Assembly: GCA_002104905.1 (NCBI GenBank)
Contig: MCFE01000282.1
Span: 39,572-103,571 of the forward strand
Length of the DNA: 64,000 bases
From: Basidiobolus meristosporus CBS 931.73
Taxonomy: Eukaryota; Fungi; Basidiobolomycota
Reading direction: 5' to 3'
Under the pieces are notes generated by a model that worked only from the letters and a program-made list of their open reading frames with translations, did not search any database and had not been told where the DNA came from. The position numbers and the translations under genes were made by a program. How positions within the stretch are numbered: the stretch's first letter is position 1; each line of letters begins with the position of its first letter. Shown here in pieces: positions 39,556 through 51,975 of this stretch.

Positions 39556-40825
39556 ATGGCTCCAATCCCAAGTCTTACTCGTTTTCGAAAGTTTGAATTA
39601 ATAGGTACGTCCCGGCCATCTCTCCTCTGCTTTATTTCACTCGTGTTTACCGGTAATTCTTCCTAGAAATTGCCGAAGCACTCGGCTTGTCTACCGAAGG
39701 TCTTCGCCTGGATATCGAAGCCAGAATAAAGTTTGTTGCTCGTATATTAAGGCTTCCCAAAGGTCCAACGCTCACCGGAATATTACAGGACTTATCTACT
39801 CGAAAACGATGTTAGTGATAACGCTAAAGTGGTTGCCTTGCTTAACGCACCACGTGGAACCACACCTCGAAAGCGGACCAGTCGCTCGACCAGCCCGAGC
39901 GGTGTTAGATCTACTCGCTCTGCTTCCCGTTTGAAGAATATGTACTTGCTATTTTAGCCTAGTTGCGCCGCCCACTGTAAACTCAAGCCGGATTAATTTT
40001 CTCTAGGCAAGCCGAAGCGCTTACCCCTACCAAGACATTCCAGCGAGCTGGCCAGGAGGAATCATCCGAAGACGAGGATAGAAAGGTTGAAACCAAGATA
40101 GAGAGGCCAAATCAACCCGAATTCTTTATTGACGCACCAGAGGCCGAAAAGCTCAAGACAGTCTTCCATATTGAGAAGGCGGAAGAAGTTTCCCCATTCA
40201 AATCCGAAGTCAAGAGGCTTGTTGTCACAGAGAAAGTTCAGACAACCGAGGAGTACCAGGTAGTGCTGTGGTTAGGATAAGTGAGAAGGGTGAATCCATT
40301 GCTGATCTGGTCATTTTGTGCGAAGAACTCTCAAGTGTGGAGCGTCCTGTTATTGCTGCTGGGTGTCGAACTGATTGTACTTTTATACTCTTCTTCCTTT
40401 GCATCAAAAGTAAGTGTGGACATGAGGCTGGCTTCGGCATTCCCAATCCCCGCGCTAACCCGGACACTACATAGGTTGAACATATTGAGTATCACCTTTG
40501 GCAGATCCACTCGTCTCTTGCGTTCTCGCTGCCTGATTTTTGCCAACTGGTTGTCTGCACAGAGTTTTGGAGACCAGTCGTCACCTGGCTTTTGGTCCTG
40601 GTGGTGGTTCCCGTTGCACTGTCCTATGTTGTGAATGTTGAGAGAGACCACCCCACCTTCAGCCCACTGACCTTCTCAGTCACCCGGTCGGCCATCATAT
40701 ACGCGCTCGGAGATCGAGATGATATCTTTGGACTGCTCTACGCCTTGGTCCCCTCGTCTATGTTACATATTACCTGCGCCATTGGCCTGGTTTTAGCGAC
40801 ATACCGCGGAGTCACGAAACCATAG
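39556..40825 (+). CDS. Uncharacterised membrane protein: N-terminal helical (HeH/SAP-like) motif, low-complexity middle, C-terminal TM region
   Basis: SLTRFRKFELIEIAEALGLSTEGLRLDIEARIK; Arg/Ser- and Glu-rich linker; FWRPVVTWLLVLVVVPVALSYVVN...FSPLTF and LHITCAIGLVLATY. Exons partly inferred. Confidence 0.55.
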
Positions 40826-41041
40826 TGTTTGTTTATTCTTACTGTAAGATATTTCTTCGACATAATAAAGGCTATAGACATGACAATGCGGGGTCCAACA
40901 CGCACCTGTAAGGGTAATGTATCAGGTGTGGAGTGCTGCGATGAATCAACACCACCACCATGAATAAATACTCCCCAAGGATTAATCAACAACACAGCCA
41001 TCAATAAATACTCCCCACAGAGCTGGTTCGAGCTAACCAAC

Positions 41042-41482
41042 ATGAAACCCTGGTTGATAGTGATATCCCTCGCTCTCCACGCTGCCTCCCAGGAGGTGCA
41101 GAGCGAATTCAACCCTTTAACCGAAACGCTCGCCGACCCCACCGACCTCTTCCCTGTGTCAATCCCAGAGGCCTCCCAGATCCCCCCAACCCCAACCGAG
41201 AGTCTTGGCACCACCGAGTCATCTTCGTGGGCTATACCTCCTTCCACAAGCTGGATACCAACCTCCATCACATTCGCGCCCTCTGCAACTGCGCAGGCTT
41301 CAAATATCGTCTCCGCCTCTGCCTCACCCTTTCGGAGCTCTCGCGTGTCAAGCACCGTCTCTAGCAGAATCAGCCAGACTATAGTCCAGGCTAGTGGGAC
41401 CGGGGGCCCCGCGCACCCCTCATACCTCGTGATGCTGTGTGTGGCGTTGCTAGCTTCCCTCACAAATTACTCGATTTATTAG
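41042..41482 (+). CDS. Small Ser/Thr/Pro-rich secreted protein, possibly GPI-anchored (146 aa)
   Basis: Signal peptide MKPWLIVISLALHAASQ, S/T/P-rich body, hydrophobic C-terminus YLVMLCVALLASL; intronless. Confidence 0.65.
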   Translation: MKPWLIVISLALHAASQEVQSEFNPLTETLADPTDLFPVSIPEASQIPPTPTESLGTTESSSWAIPPSTSWIPTSITFAPSATAQASNIVSASASPFRSSRVSSTVSSRISQTIVQASGTGGPAHPSYLVMLCVALLASLTNYSIY

Positions 41483-41491
41483 ATTTTGGAT

Positions 41492-42657
41492 TCAATGATA
41501 CTCAATAAATTCGGAATGCCCAGTTTCCATGGCATGAGCTTGGGCTTCCTTTTGGCCTTTCAATCCAGCCTGACAAACGGAGCAGCGGAGCGTGAAGCCC
41601 GCAAGGTCGGTGTAGGCGTGTTTCTAGGAACGAGGTGAAAACATATTCCTGGACAGGAGAGGACTCAAGCGATGGTTACCTTGTTGAACTTGGTAGCCAA
41701 TTCAATGCACCCGGCCAGCACTCCATCGTCGGCGACATCGAATTGGGTCTGATCGTACTCTTGTGACGAGAAAAGCTGCGGGGTCATGGCGATCACATCG
41801 TAGTGGATCCCGCTGTACAGTACAAATATGCGCTGGCTGTATTCGCCCTCGCCGAACCTGTCCAACCGCAAGCTTTTGATGTCGATGGAGCAGATCTCCA
41901 CTTGGTAATGCTTCGAAAAGATCGAAAGCTCGATGGCTCCGCCCCAGCTTGAATCGCGCAGTATCCAGTCGCAGTAGCTCTCCCGAGACTGGCCCAGGAT
42001 CGCGTCGGAATACTCTTCCGGCTTCGTTAGGATCGTGTCTGAGATCACTTTGGAGGAGCAATTAGGGGGAGGCACACGTAAATCTTTATGGTGACGCTTA
42101 CGTTCGCGCAGTTGCCTGTGGACCTCTGGGGTTCGCTCCAGTGCGTAGCCGATCGACCGGAACAAGCAGCTGTTGTCGTCTTTCATTTCCTAAATTTCCT
42201 TTTTGTTAGCCGGGCTAGGGACATCCTCCTGAGAAACGACACGAACCCGTCGAATAACGTATCCCTCCTCCACTTGAACAGCGTCGTCGACCTCTTCGGG
42301 AGGTATGAAAGGGGTTTCTGAGGAAGACTTGGTGGGGTTCCCCTCTATTTGGGTTGCGCCTTGTTTCTCCGAAACCGTGAACATCTCCCCATCAAGCAAA
42401 CCAAGGGTTGACAGTGTGCTGGACTCGCTGCCTTCCAGGGCTTTTGGGGGGAAGCCTGTTTTAACTGAAATCGAAAAGCCAGCCTTTAATAAAGCGTTCC
42501 ACTAAGAACACACTCAATATCTCCCCTCACTTTCCAGGTTTTCGGCAGAAATCTCGGCCAATTTCGATATGGCTGCTCTCAGCTCTGCAAGCGTAGAGGT
42601 GTCTTGCAGTTCAGTCAGGGTGAAGGTTCCATTTTTGGTTCGACAACGAAATCTCAT
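41492..42657 (-). CDS. OTU1: OTU deubiquitinase Otu1/YOD1 (UBX-like, OTU, C2H2 zinc finger), 5 exons
   Basis: [10 protein letters not shown]...[43 protein letters not shown]...HAMETGH. Confidence 0.93.
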
Positions 42658-43499
42658 TTTCAACGGGTGTTCAACGTTCAATAAAGGGAGCACTTCCCCT
42701 GACCTTTACTATTTGAAGGAGTGGCTTTCCCACTTCAGGCACTGTTGACGTATTTGCATCTCGTGTAGATGATGGTAATATCTAGAACGATTATAAATCG
42801 ATTTATTGAAATCACGCATTGGATGAAACTGCGATGTTGGATCGGGCAAAGGGGCGTGTGATGTGCGGTGATGTGTGATGTGTGATATGTGATATGTGAT
42901 ATGTGATGGGTAAGCAAATATATCAATCTAGCGATTAGTTCAGCACGAATGAGGAAAGAGCAGTTAGACAGCCATGGAAACTAGCTTAACACAAGCTCAT
43001 CATAGCTTTCCATCTGGATACAGCTGCCATGGACTGATCAATCCGGGGTAGGCTAACGTGATCAACTCTGGCGGCCGTTTGTCTTTACTTCGACGGCGTT
43101 TTGGGAGCCCTTTTAAGGATGAAATGAGCGCTTGGAGCTTGGACGGCTCCCGTAGGATGTCAGGTCTTGGGGTCCCCTTGGGACGCGCTGGCCATTGGGG
43201 TTGGAGACATATGCAATACATGTTGGCTGTAGAAAGGCTCGGATCCGGCTTTATAGACCCTCTCCCAGACATAAAAGTTAATTAGTCTCTTCCGTGATCT
43301 GGTCGAGATTTCAGACTCCTCGCAGGGAAAACTGGCAATGTACAACCCGCATATCACTTCCCGCTCTTTGTTCTTCACTCCAGTCAACAATCGGCGAATT
43401 TATGTATGTGGTGAATCATCCCCACAAAGATACGGTGCATAAGAAATATTGGCTATGAACAAATCTTTATTCCTTGGTGATGTGTCCGATCAACTCGGT

Positions 43500-45838
43500 T
43501 CAACTCTCGGGGATGGCACTCAGCTGGGCTGGGCATTCGGGATATCTCTGGTTGTAAGCCTCTAGCACTTCAGGCTCATATATTCTGACATCTTTCAATT
43601 GATTGCCAAGGGTAAACCAACCGGGCCGAGTGTTATGCTGCCGACCAAATATCTCTGAGTAGCAAGCGTTAGTGGACTATTTGCAGCGGATGCGCTAATG
43701 TTTCCAATCTTACCTATCTTCCGTGTGCCAGGAGACAATCGATCTATCATACCATAGATTTGGTCTGGCTTTCTGCTGGTCTCTCGCACCTAGGAATGGT
43801 GAGTTGGTTAGATAGGTTGGTAGGCGTTCTTCCTAAGTCGTGAGATGGAGCGTGAGTGCTTACTTCTGCTACTAGCACATCACAAGCTAAACCTATATTG
43901 AATCGGCTAGGATCGCCTTTAATACCAACAAGACAGTGTTCCTTGCTGTGGTTTAGCCAATGGCCAGTTCTGCCTGTGCGTATCAGGCGCTGCAGCTGGT
44001 TGGTTTTGATCCACACCACCTCGTCCACTCGATCATATCCCCAGGTGGCTAAGCACTCGCGACCAAGCTCCATAGCCCGGGCAGTGACCCATAAGAATAT
44101 CAGCCCTTCATCCTGTAGCTTATGAATAGCCATGGCCTTCATCTCGTCGTCAGTCATGGTGCCATATGGTAACTAAAATGGTGGAAGATTGCTGAGAGCA
44201 TATTCTTGAAGTGGTTTGCGCGAAGATATTCCTACTGTCATGTGGATATCCCACGGTGGATCAGCCATGATGACTGAAAACTTGCCAAGTATACTGAAGT
44301 CGAATTTGCGCACATCACAATTGATCCACTGAGCAGGCAGCTGGATCGACCACGAGAAAAGGACTTCAGTACGAGTGATGGCGATGGGCTTGATTTGAAG
44401 TAAGATATCTTACCACTTTTTTTGGAGGCCTGAAGATCTGTTGACAAGGAAATGGGTGAGAACTTGATGTGGTTTCGACGCGTCGCAGAGAATACTAGTT
44501 ACCAAGGATGTAGGGATGGTTGTCTTGGTGATGTTTGCGCTCGAAGGATGCTCGAAGTCATCCAACTCGTAATGCACGTATTTACAGGTGTCCATGCGAT
44601 GGCAGGTGTTCAAATAAGAGCAATCACCCAGCTCTAGGTCGGTTTGTGGCCTCATAATCCGACGGAAATGGAGCTTCATGTTTGTCAGCAAGATGCTAGC
44701 CGTCTAGGGAGCAATTTGTTGTATGAACGTACCATTGCGCAAGGTTGTCCACTGGTGTTCATCTTTTTACAGTCCTCTTTAATAAGATACTCACAGAATT
44801 CGCGAAATCCGCCGTTTCCCTGTGCTTTGAACTGGCATTATGGAGGTTAAAATGCTGCTGAGTTCAAACAGTATTGAGACCCAGCTGACTACCATTTCTT
44901 CTGCCTCCTGTTCACGGAAGGTTTTGCGCTCGATCAGCTCTGTAACCCCAATGAGGGAAGAAAACGCCTCCATTTCCAGGAAAGACGGCTTTGACAGCAG
45001 TTTTTCTATTTCAGCGTCCTCGGAAAATCGGGCCTCTGGGAACACGGCTGTGAGCAAGTGTTGGCTGGAGGATGGGAGGACAAAGAAAAGACTACCTTCG
45101 TTTGGGATGTAAGTACTGGGTACTTGTGCTGATGTGGTTTTATCTAAGAAAATGTCAGGGTCGATGGAGTCCACATCACAGATATCTTCCAAAGTCCTGA
45201 TTTTGCAGCAGTTATTCGATGAGGTCGTGAGGAGAGGGATTCAAGCGGGCTTACTTCTCGATATGTTGTACGTTTCTCAGATTTCTTGGGTCAAAGTAGA
45301 TAACCGATATGGCGCTTTTGTCATTATCGTATTCTCTTTTGATACCAATCGTATTGTACCCCCACATGTCTGCCATTTTGAACAGTGCTCGTTCCAGTTT
45401 CATGAGCGAATTGGCGTCGTTTGTTACACGCAAATGAGGTTTGCTCTGGATGATTCTATACACACTGGAGTCAGCACCTACCGAGTATGTAGAGAAGCTC
45501 CTTACAAAGAAAACTTACCGGGTAAGCAACTGATTGGAGGTTAAAGGTAGCCTGACGCCACCAACTTCTTGAACCAGAAATTCGAACAAAATCTTTTGAA
45601 AATACAAGGTTTCCGTAGGAGACACCTCTTTTTCCGAAAACATGCCACTGTCAGCTTTAGTAACTTGTTCTTCAGTCAAGTTGCATGTATTTGGCTCGTT
45701 CTGAGAAGAGCCTTTGAATAGCTAACCTTCCACTTTCTCTGAGTCCTTCTTTACCCTTCTAAGGACTTTTTCTCTACGCTGGCGACTGAGGAGCTTTAAA
45801 TGATTCAAGTCATCTATGATAAGATTCGTTCGTGGCAT
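43500..45838 (-). CDS. IME4: mRNA m6A methyltransferase catalytic subunit (MT-A70), multi-exon
   Basis: Zinc finger [21 protein letters not shown], catalytic [50 protein letters not shown]...GWFTLGNQL. These are METTL3-clade signatures. Confidence 0.92.
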
Positions 45839-46066
45839 TTTGCCAGGTGTAGCATTTAACCAAGGTTCACTAAGCAGTATCTCACTGAATCATCAAAAAA
45901 TAATTGAATGGTCAATGAAATGAATCTTGGACGGTTTGGCAATATTTAATCAACAAGATATAATTTAGGACTTATTTACACATGCTTTGGGAGTACAGGA
46001 AGTATAGCAAACAGGATAATAGGAATGGAGGCTCATTTAGCGCAGTAACAAAGGAAACTATGGACA

Positions 46067-46740
46067 TCAGTAATCTTTGTAGTCGTAAACACCGGTGTAT
46101 TGTGGTAAATTGATCTTGGTGATGTCTCCATACTTTTGATACCATGAGTACTGTTGGGCGATTTTTCCCCAATATTTCGACCACCAGGTATACCAGAACC
46201 CGCCGAACACTAGTCCGGCAAGGACCCCAACAAATACCTGGGCAAATGTATGTCGACCGGTATTTAGCCGTGCGTAGATGAGTGATAGGTAGACGGCGTT
46301 AATCGGGATAAGTAGCCACTGCTGGTGTGACCATTCAGCCTCAAGAAGAGACAGACTGAAGTAAATAGTCACAAAAGTGATCAACTGAGAGTGTGCCGAA
46401 GGCATTCCATATTTGGAGTGCTGCTTGGCATGTGCTGGAAGATTCGGTCTTGGCTGACGAAGGATTTGTTGCAGGAATTTGGCTAGATCGTCAAGGGAGG
46501 ATTAGCAGATGCACGAGCGACCTTGGGAAACTCCGAGAAAGACTAACCAAGAAACACGCAATTGACGGCGCCAGTTACAAAGTATAAGGACTGCAGCGTC
46601 CGCATATATACAATGCCAGCAAATATGAAGAAAGTAACAATGAATTTCGTCTAAAGGAAAGAAATGTTAGGGCTGCTCCGAGGGGGGATCCATATTGCAC
46701 CTACTTCTTTGAATATCCTTGTAGTGAGTCTGTGTGGCAT
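46067..46740 (-). CDS. PAP2-family lipid phosphate phosphatase (dolichyldiphosphatase-like), 3 exons
   Basis: C1 KFLQQILRQPRP, C2 GMPSAHSQ, C3 ARLNTGRHTFAQVFVG; TM segments. Confidence 0.75.
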
Positions 46741-49700
46741 GGCGGGTAAAAAATTGACAGAAAATTAACAAAGGGAAAGAGATGTTTATTGGGCGATACC
46801 TATATATTCCAGCCGAGTTCCAGCATGTGAGGTAATAGGGGTATCATCAAGTCAGCATACCGCCATCAATTTCCATAATGGTGATTGGCGGAAAAATCAG
46901 AGCTTCAAAAAACCATGTGAACGGCGTCAGATGAGAATTATCAGAAACAAGACACCTCAGGTGATTGGGCTGGAGCTATGATGATGGGACTGGATTTGAT
47001 CTGCCTCATCGTTGCACTAAAAACTCACTAGCTACAAGTATATGCGCGTATATATATATTGCCCTGTGCATTGTAGTGTTGGTTTGGACAATGAAACTAG
47101 CGAAAGTTTGTTAAACTAATCAAAACAAGAACAGACATCAACCACCTCAATTACGAGGGGATATCTTCCGATCGCCCGTATAAGAGCCTTAATTGTGCCA
47201 GACTACCAGCCCTAAACATTCCACTCATCAATGCTCTCCAGCGGGTACACAAGAACACAGGGACGTTACTCAATCAACAAGCGCAGCTCAGGTTGGTTTT
47301 TGAGCGAAGAGGCTAGTTTCATCTCAGAAGTCAGCCATGTTGTGTGCACCATCAACTCCTGCAAACCACGCCTGCGGAAATACAAAAGTATCGATTTACT
47401 TAGCAAGTGCGTTTCCGTAGATGACCAGCGACTGAGAAAAACCAACTCAGTCGAAGGGTTGCAGAACTATTTTACTCCAGACAATCAGATCCACTTCAAG
47501 CCACAGCACCAAACAAAACTATCGCAGTACGTCACCTTTCCACTACATGAGGAGGAGTTCAATTGAGACGCCATGCCTGTTCCTCGGATACCCACCTCAT
47601 GCACCCTGGAAGCGCAGTGGGAGGCGACCAAGACTGCGGCCATACCATTGGTTCAGTGATAGATAAAATAAACGCTGAATATCTAATCGATAATAGGTTT
47701 TATTTACAAATACAGATCATTGTGTTCTAGATCGTTCAAGCAGGCCAGTAGAATGATGTTCTTTTGTTTAGTTATCGAAACCACATCTGAGCGATCCAAT
47801 TTTGGCCTCTACACTAGTCGTTCTAGAGATATCTCGTAGCCAATCATCGGCGGCTGGGTGGATATATATGACCCGCCTACAGGTGTTTACTTTGCTCCTT
47901 TGCAGACTGCGAAGATACTCTTTCCCTTCCGTCCTCGTCCTCCAAACTGGATTCATGCCTGGTTGCAAGCAGATTAGTCCCCACAAAACCCTGAACAACC
48001 AGGTCGAGGCTTGGGTTCCCATATACAAAAACCTAGAGCACAAGGGTGTTAGTGTAGATATGGCTCATGCGACAATAAACAGTGAACACTTGGAAACGCT
48101 CGCGAGCTCTCTGAAGCGAATGGTAGCTCACAACGACTGTAAAAAAATGAACCCTCAAGGAGAAAAGAACTTTCCTCAGTCAGAATACGTCTCTTTTCCA
48201 CGCTATGATGTTCTTAAACTAGATTCAGACCACTGCGAATCTGAACCCATAAAAAAGAGCACAACGATAGCTTATCTGTTGGAGTACTTTTTCTAAACCC
48301 AAATCTCGCCCACGTTGATTACACCAAAACACCCTCGAAGTTCCTTCCCGAAGTCCTTCAGCGCCAAAAACGTACTCATTTTCAGTTTCCGCTTGTGCAG
48401 GCACCCCATCCCCAATGACAAACCATAGCTTTGTGAATGTTTTAGATAGACCGTCACTCACTGCTTTCAGTTGAGCAATTATTAATGCAAATAGAATATA
48501 CCCAGCATTTCTCATAAGATATCTAATGGTTTATATAATCTCTGTGTGCCATGAGAATGTGCCATCTCGTAGTTGATTTTTGTATTTCCCTTGCTGGCTT
48601 CGATCTTATCGTAATTTGAATGGGGTTTCACATAGTGGTCACCGGTAATTCCTCGGTAATTCCTCGGTAATGGCTTGTTTCACTGTAATCTCTAGTCAAT
48701 TTTTTGGGCCAAATCCCCGTAAATCCCGTAAATCCCGCATACGGGCCGACAACAAAACGAACATAGGTTTGTCAGCTTCAGGGGTTTTATTAGGAGTAAG
48801 GGTGCAGCGAATGATCAAGCATGGTCATGGCAAGTAAAAGAAGAGTGCAGGGAGTGATCATAACATATAGGTAGATGGACTTGGTGACAAGTATTATATA
48901 TCCAATCCAATTGACTGCGGACAACTAATATTGATTCATATACCTGGTGAGTTTATTTTGGTTGTTGTGAAGAGGAGGGTAGTGGTCTTCCCCAAAAGAT
49001 TGTGACATGATTTCTATACGGTTCCACCAAAAATATTGAGTACTGATTGGGGTTATGTGTCACTACTTGTATCTAACGTTTCTATCTTGTGGCTTCATGT
49101 GAGTATCTAACATTAATGTCATGAGGATTTCTGGAAACCTCCCTTACCAAACGTGTTGATCAGGTGATTAATGATCAATTGCGCAATAATCGATCATATC
49201 TCGATAAATACTACCAGCCAATGATAACTTCAAGGTCCCAAGAATGGTAGAAAGCAAACCTGGCTCTCTAAATCTCAATATACAAAAATTCGGAACTACC
49301 TGGAATGGCCTAGATTTATGGCAGAGGCTTTAAGCTACAGCATCTACTTGTACGGTGGCTGGCATACTTGACGAGATGTGGGGAAAATTATGCCAACAAT
49401 ACCTCGCTTCCTTTAGGCATGATCATAAATTACCGGCTAGATTTTCTCAGGTTCTTAGCGGTGAATGGTCTCACCACTGTTATTTCGAGTGATAATACAC
49501 GGTACTTCAATGGTTAGTGCTTGATGCTTGTCCAACGAATTCTACGGCCAAATCAGTGTGTCATGTGGGTGAAATACAATACGTGGCGCCACCATTCAAG
49601 TGCTCATCAAGGTGATATCCCAAGCGTCGGGATTGCCACCAGCCGTTCCCAAACCTATTGATTACTAACTGGTGGGTTAACCCTCCTCCACGAAGCTTGA

Positions 49701-50233
49701 TTTCCATAAAAGTTTGTTGAGTATTGATTGCGCTTTGTTTATGGAGTGAATGTGATCCCGAACGGGTGGACCGCCTTGACTAACAACACGTACTATGCAT
49801 GGCTAGAATATGGTGGGGATACTCAAGACATTTATATGAGGATTTATCTCGTAGTTACATCATTACAGCAGATTATACTTGCAGCAACCAAGATCAAATC
49901 AAGGTGATACAGTACTTGAACCATGTACTTGGTTCATTTTTAAAACCAAGCCCGCTACTATACTTTTTAGGATAAGATCTCCCTGGCCGAGAAACTATTT
50001 GTGGTTCAATCTGGTGGGGCAGAGACTATATAAGGCACCATCCTGCTGGAAAGGATGCCATTCCTGGCCGGATCTCCCCGGTACAGTTATTTATGTCGCG
50101 ATTCTGACTGTATATGGCTCGATCATTCCAAATATCTTTTTCTAAATTTGTGATGGTGAACATAGGTAATAAGGTTTAGTGGAGAAGTTGGTGTTTCACG
50201 TTTTCACCTTTATTTATCAACAATCCTGCAAAT

Positions 50234-50941
50234 CTATTTCGAGGGTAGCGCCTTTAGTGCAGTCTCTAAACTAATAACACTAGCTTGTTGTGGGAAGAAC
50301 TCATCTAGAAGAATCTGACTGAGTGAGTAGCTTGGATCAATCACGTTCTCTCGGATCACGTAGATTTGATAGTCCATGTCGCTACAGGTTCTGAGGGTGG
50401 CGAGAATAACACCAGAGGTGTATGCTCCAGAAAGAACCACCGTATCAATGAGATTTGCCCGGAGCAACAGAGGAAGTGTCGATTCGAACATCGCATTGAA
50501 TCGACGTTTCTGGACTACGAAATCTCCTTCCTGGGGGGCCACATTGGAGATGATATCGCGCTGGGTGGAATTGGTCAGAAGCTCATTCGCACTAACGTAG
50601 GGGTAGAACGCTTTGTTCGCCTTGTTAGGGGGGAACTCGGGATATCCGGGAGTAAACTGGACCTGGGAGTAAGCAATCATGGGGAAGCGACCCTTAGCCT
50701 TGAGCGCATGTGTGGCATTGTACCATTTTTCGGAAGCGGTGATGAACTCGGTCTGAGCAGTCTTGTTTTGCACACCATACACGATGCCGTACTCGTAGTC
50801 AAGGAACAGGTAAGCTGTGCGGTCGTTGAACTTCAACTCAGAGTCAGCCAGCTTCCCGGTGGAGTTGTTCACCGAGGGAGAAAGCTCAGCAGCTGCAAGA
50901 GCGGCACAAAGTAGGACACCAAGCGGAAAGAAGAATCTCAT
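50234..50941 (-). CDS. Secreted isochorismatase-like hydrolase, intact and intronless (235 aa)
   Basis: Signal peptide MRFFFPLGVLLCAALAAA, LFLDYEYG, FVVQKRRFNAMF, VVLSGAYTSGVILATLR...DMDY. Confidence 0.85.
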   Translation of the reverse strand: MRFFFPLGVLLCAALAAAELSPSVNNSTGKLADSELKFNDRTAYLFLDYEYGIVYGVQNKTAQTEFITASEKWYNATHALKAKGRFPMIAYSQVQFTPGYPEFPPNKANKAFYPYVSANELLTNSTQRDIISNVAPQEGDFVVQKRRFNAMFESTLPLLLRANLIDTVVLSGAYTSGVILATLRTCSDMDYQIYVIRENVIDPSYSLSQILLDEFFPQQASVISLETALKALPSK

Positions 50942-51268
50942 TGTTTTTTGATATTCAAGCACATTCCCAACAGTGTATATATATATGAATCCAACTATAG
51001 TGGCTGGATCTACGTTTTACTATTTCTGGGTCACAAAAAAGCGTCGATAAGTCAAAATAGAAGCTTTTTCTTCATAAAGGATATATTTGGATAATCTTTA
51101 GTGCGAGAATTAATGAAAACCAACACTTTATTTGAGTTTTCGAATCGTGACATGCTGGCATGCTGACTAATTGCTGATCTTTTTCCTTCGGCCACTTTCT
51201 GAAGCAACAAAATTCATGTCTTGCTCATTATATATACCATTGATGCTGTACTTGTGAATCAAAAGACA

Positions 51269-51975
51269 ATGAGATTCTTCTTTCCGCTTGGTGTCCTACT
51301 TTGTGCCGCTCTTGCAGCTGCTGAGCTTTCTCCCTCGGTGAACAACTCCACCGGGAAGCTGACTGACTCTGAGTTGAAGTTCAACGACCGCACAGCTTAC
51401 CTAGTTCCTTGACTACGAGTACGGCATCGTGTATGGTGTGCAAAACAAGACTGCTCAGACCGAGTTCATCACCGCTTCCGAAAAATGGTACAATGCCACA
51501 CATGCGCTCAAGGCTAAGGGTCGCTTCCCCATGATTGCTTACTCCCAGGTCCAGTTTACTCCCGGATATCCCGAGTTCCCCCCTAACAAGGCGAACAAAG
51601 CGTTCTACCCCTACGTTAGCGCGAATGAGCTTCTGACCAATTCCACCCAGCGCGATATCATCTCCAATGTGGCCCCCCAGGAAGGAGATTTCGTAGTTCC
51701 AGAAACGTCGATTCGATGCGATGTTCGAATCGACGCTTCCTCTTTTGCTCCGGGCAAATCTCATTGATACGGTGGTTCTTTCTGGAGCATACACCTCTGG
51801 TGTTGTCCTTTCCACCCTCAGAACCTGTAGCGACATGGACTATCAAATCTACGTGATCCGAGAGAATGTAATCGATCCAAGCTATACTCTGAGCCAAGCC
51901 CTACTGGATGACTTCTTCCCACAACAGGCTAGCGTGATTAGCCTAGAGGCCGCATTGAAGGCGTTACCCAATGCT
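51269..51975 (+). pseudogene. Inverted duplicate of the isochorismatase-like gene with two +1 frameshifts
   Basis: Extra A at 51403 and extra T at ~51697 relative to the left copy; the first gives a stop at 51410-51412. These could be assembly indels. Confidence 0.75.

Noticed and set aside
21557-42321. Many long antisense or alternate-frame ORFs over the GC-rich genes (e.g. 21887-22390, 33189-33689, 34674-35369, 35964-36311, 40738-41463)
   Set aside because: Shadow ORFs opposite real coding exons; no recognisable motifs.
43000-43272. ORF ending LYPDGKL as an alternative METTL3 last exon
   Set aside because: The resemblance to RYPDG is only a few residues, and IME4 already ends normally at 43500.
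43500-45838. MT-A70 gene as the DNA 6mA methyltransferase (AMT1-type) of early-diverging fungi
   Set aside because: The CCCH zinc fingers and the [16 protein letters not shown] loop are METTL3/Ime4 (RNA m6A) signatures.
23460-45838. Functional cluster of RNA-processing genes (METTL6, CCDC12, LSM3, METTL3)
   Set aside because: They are interspersed with unrelated genes, and such genes are common enough to co-occur by chance.
47231-48515. ORFs 47231-47566(+), 47802-48296(+) and 48225-48515(-, signal-peptide-like start)
   Set aside because: They overlap on opposite strands, show no recognisable domain, and I could not build a consistent spliced model. A real small gene is possible but unsupported.
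21362-48740. Short simple repeats: (CA)n at 21362, (GAAGGT)n at ~21505, GT-rich run at 30130, (GATATGT)n at ~42885, ggtaattcctc x2 at ~48645
   Set aside because: Ordinary low-complexity UTR or intergenic sequence with no further structure.
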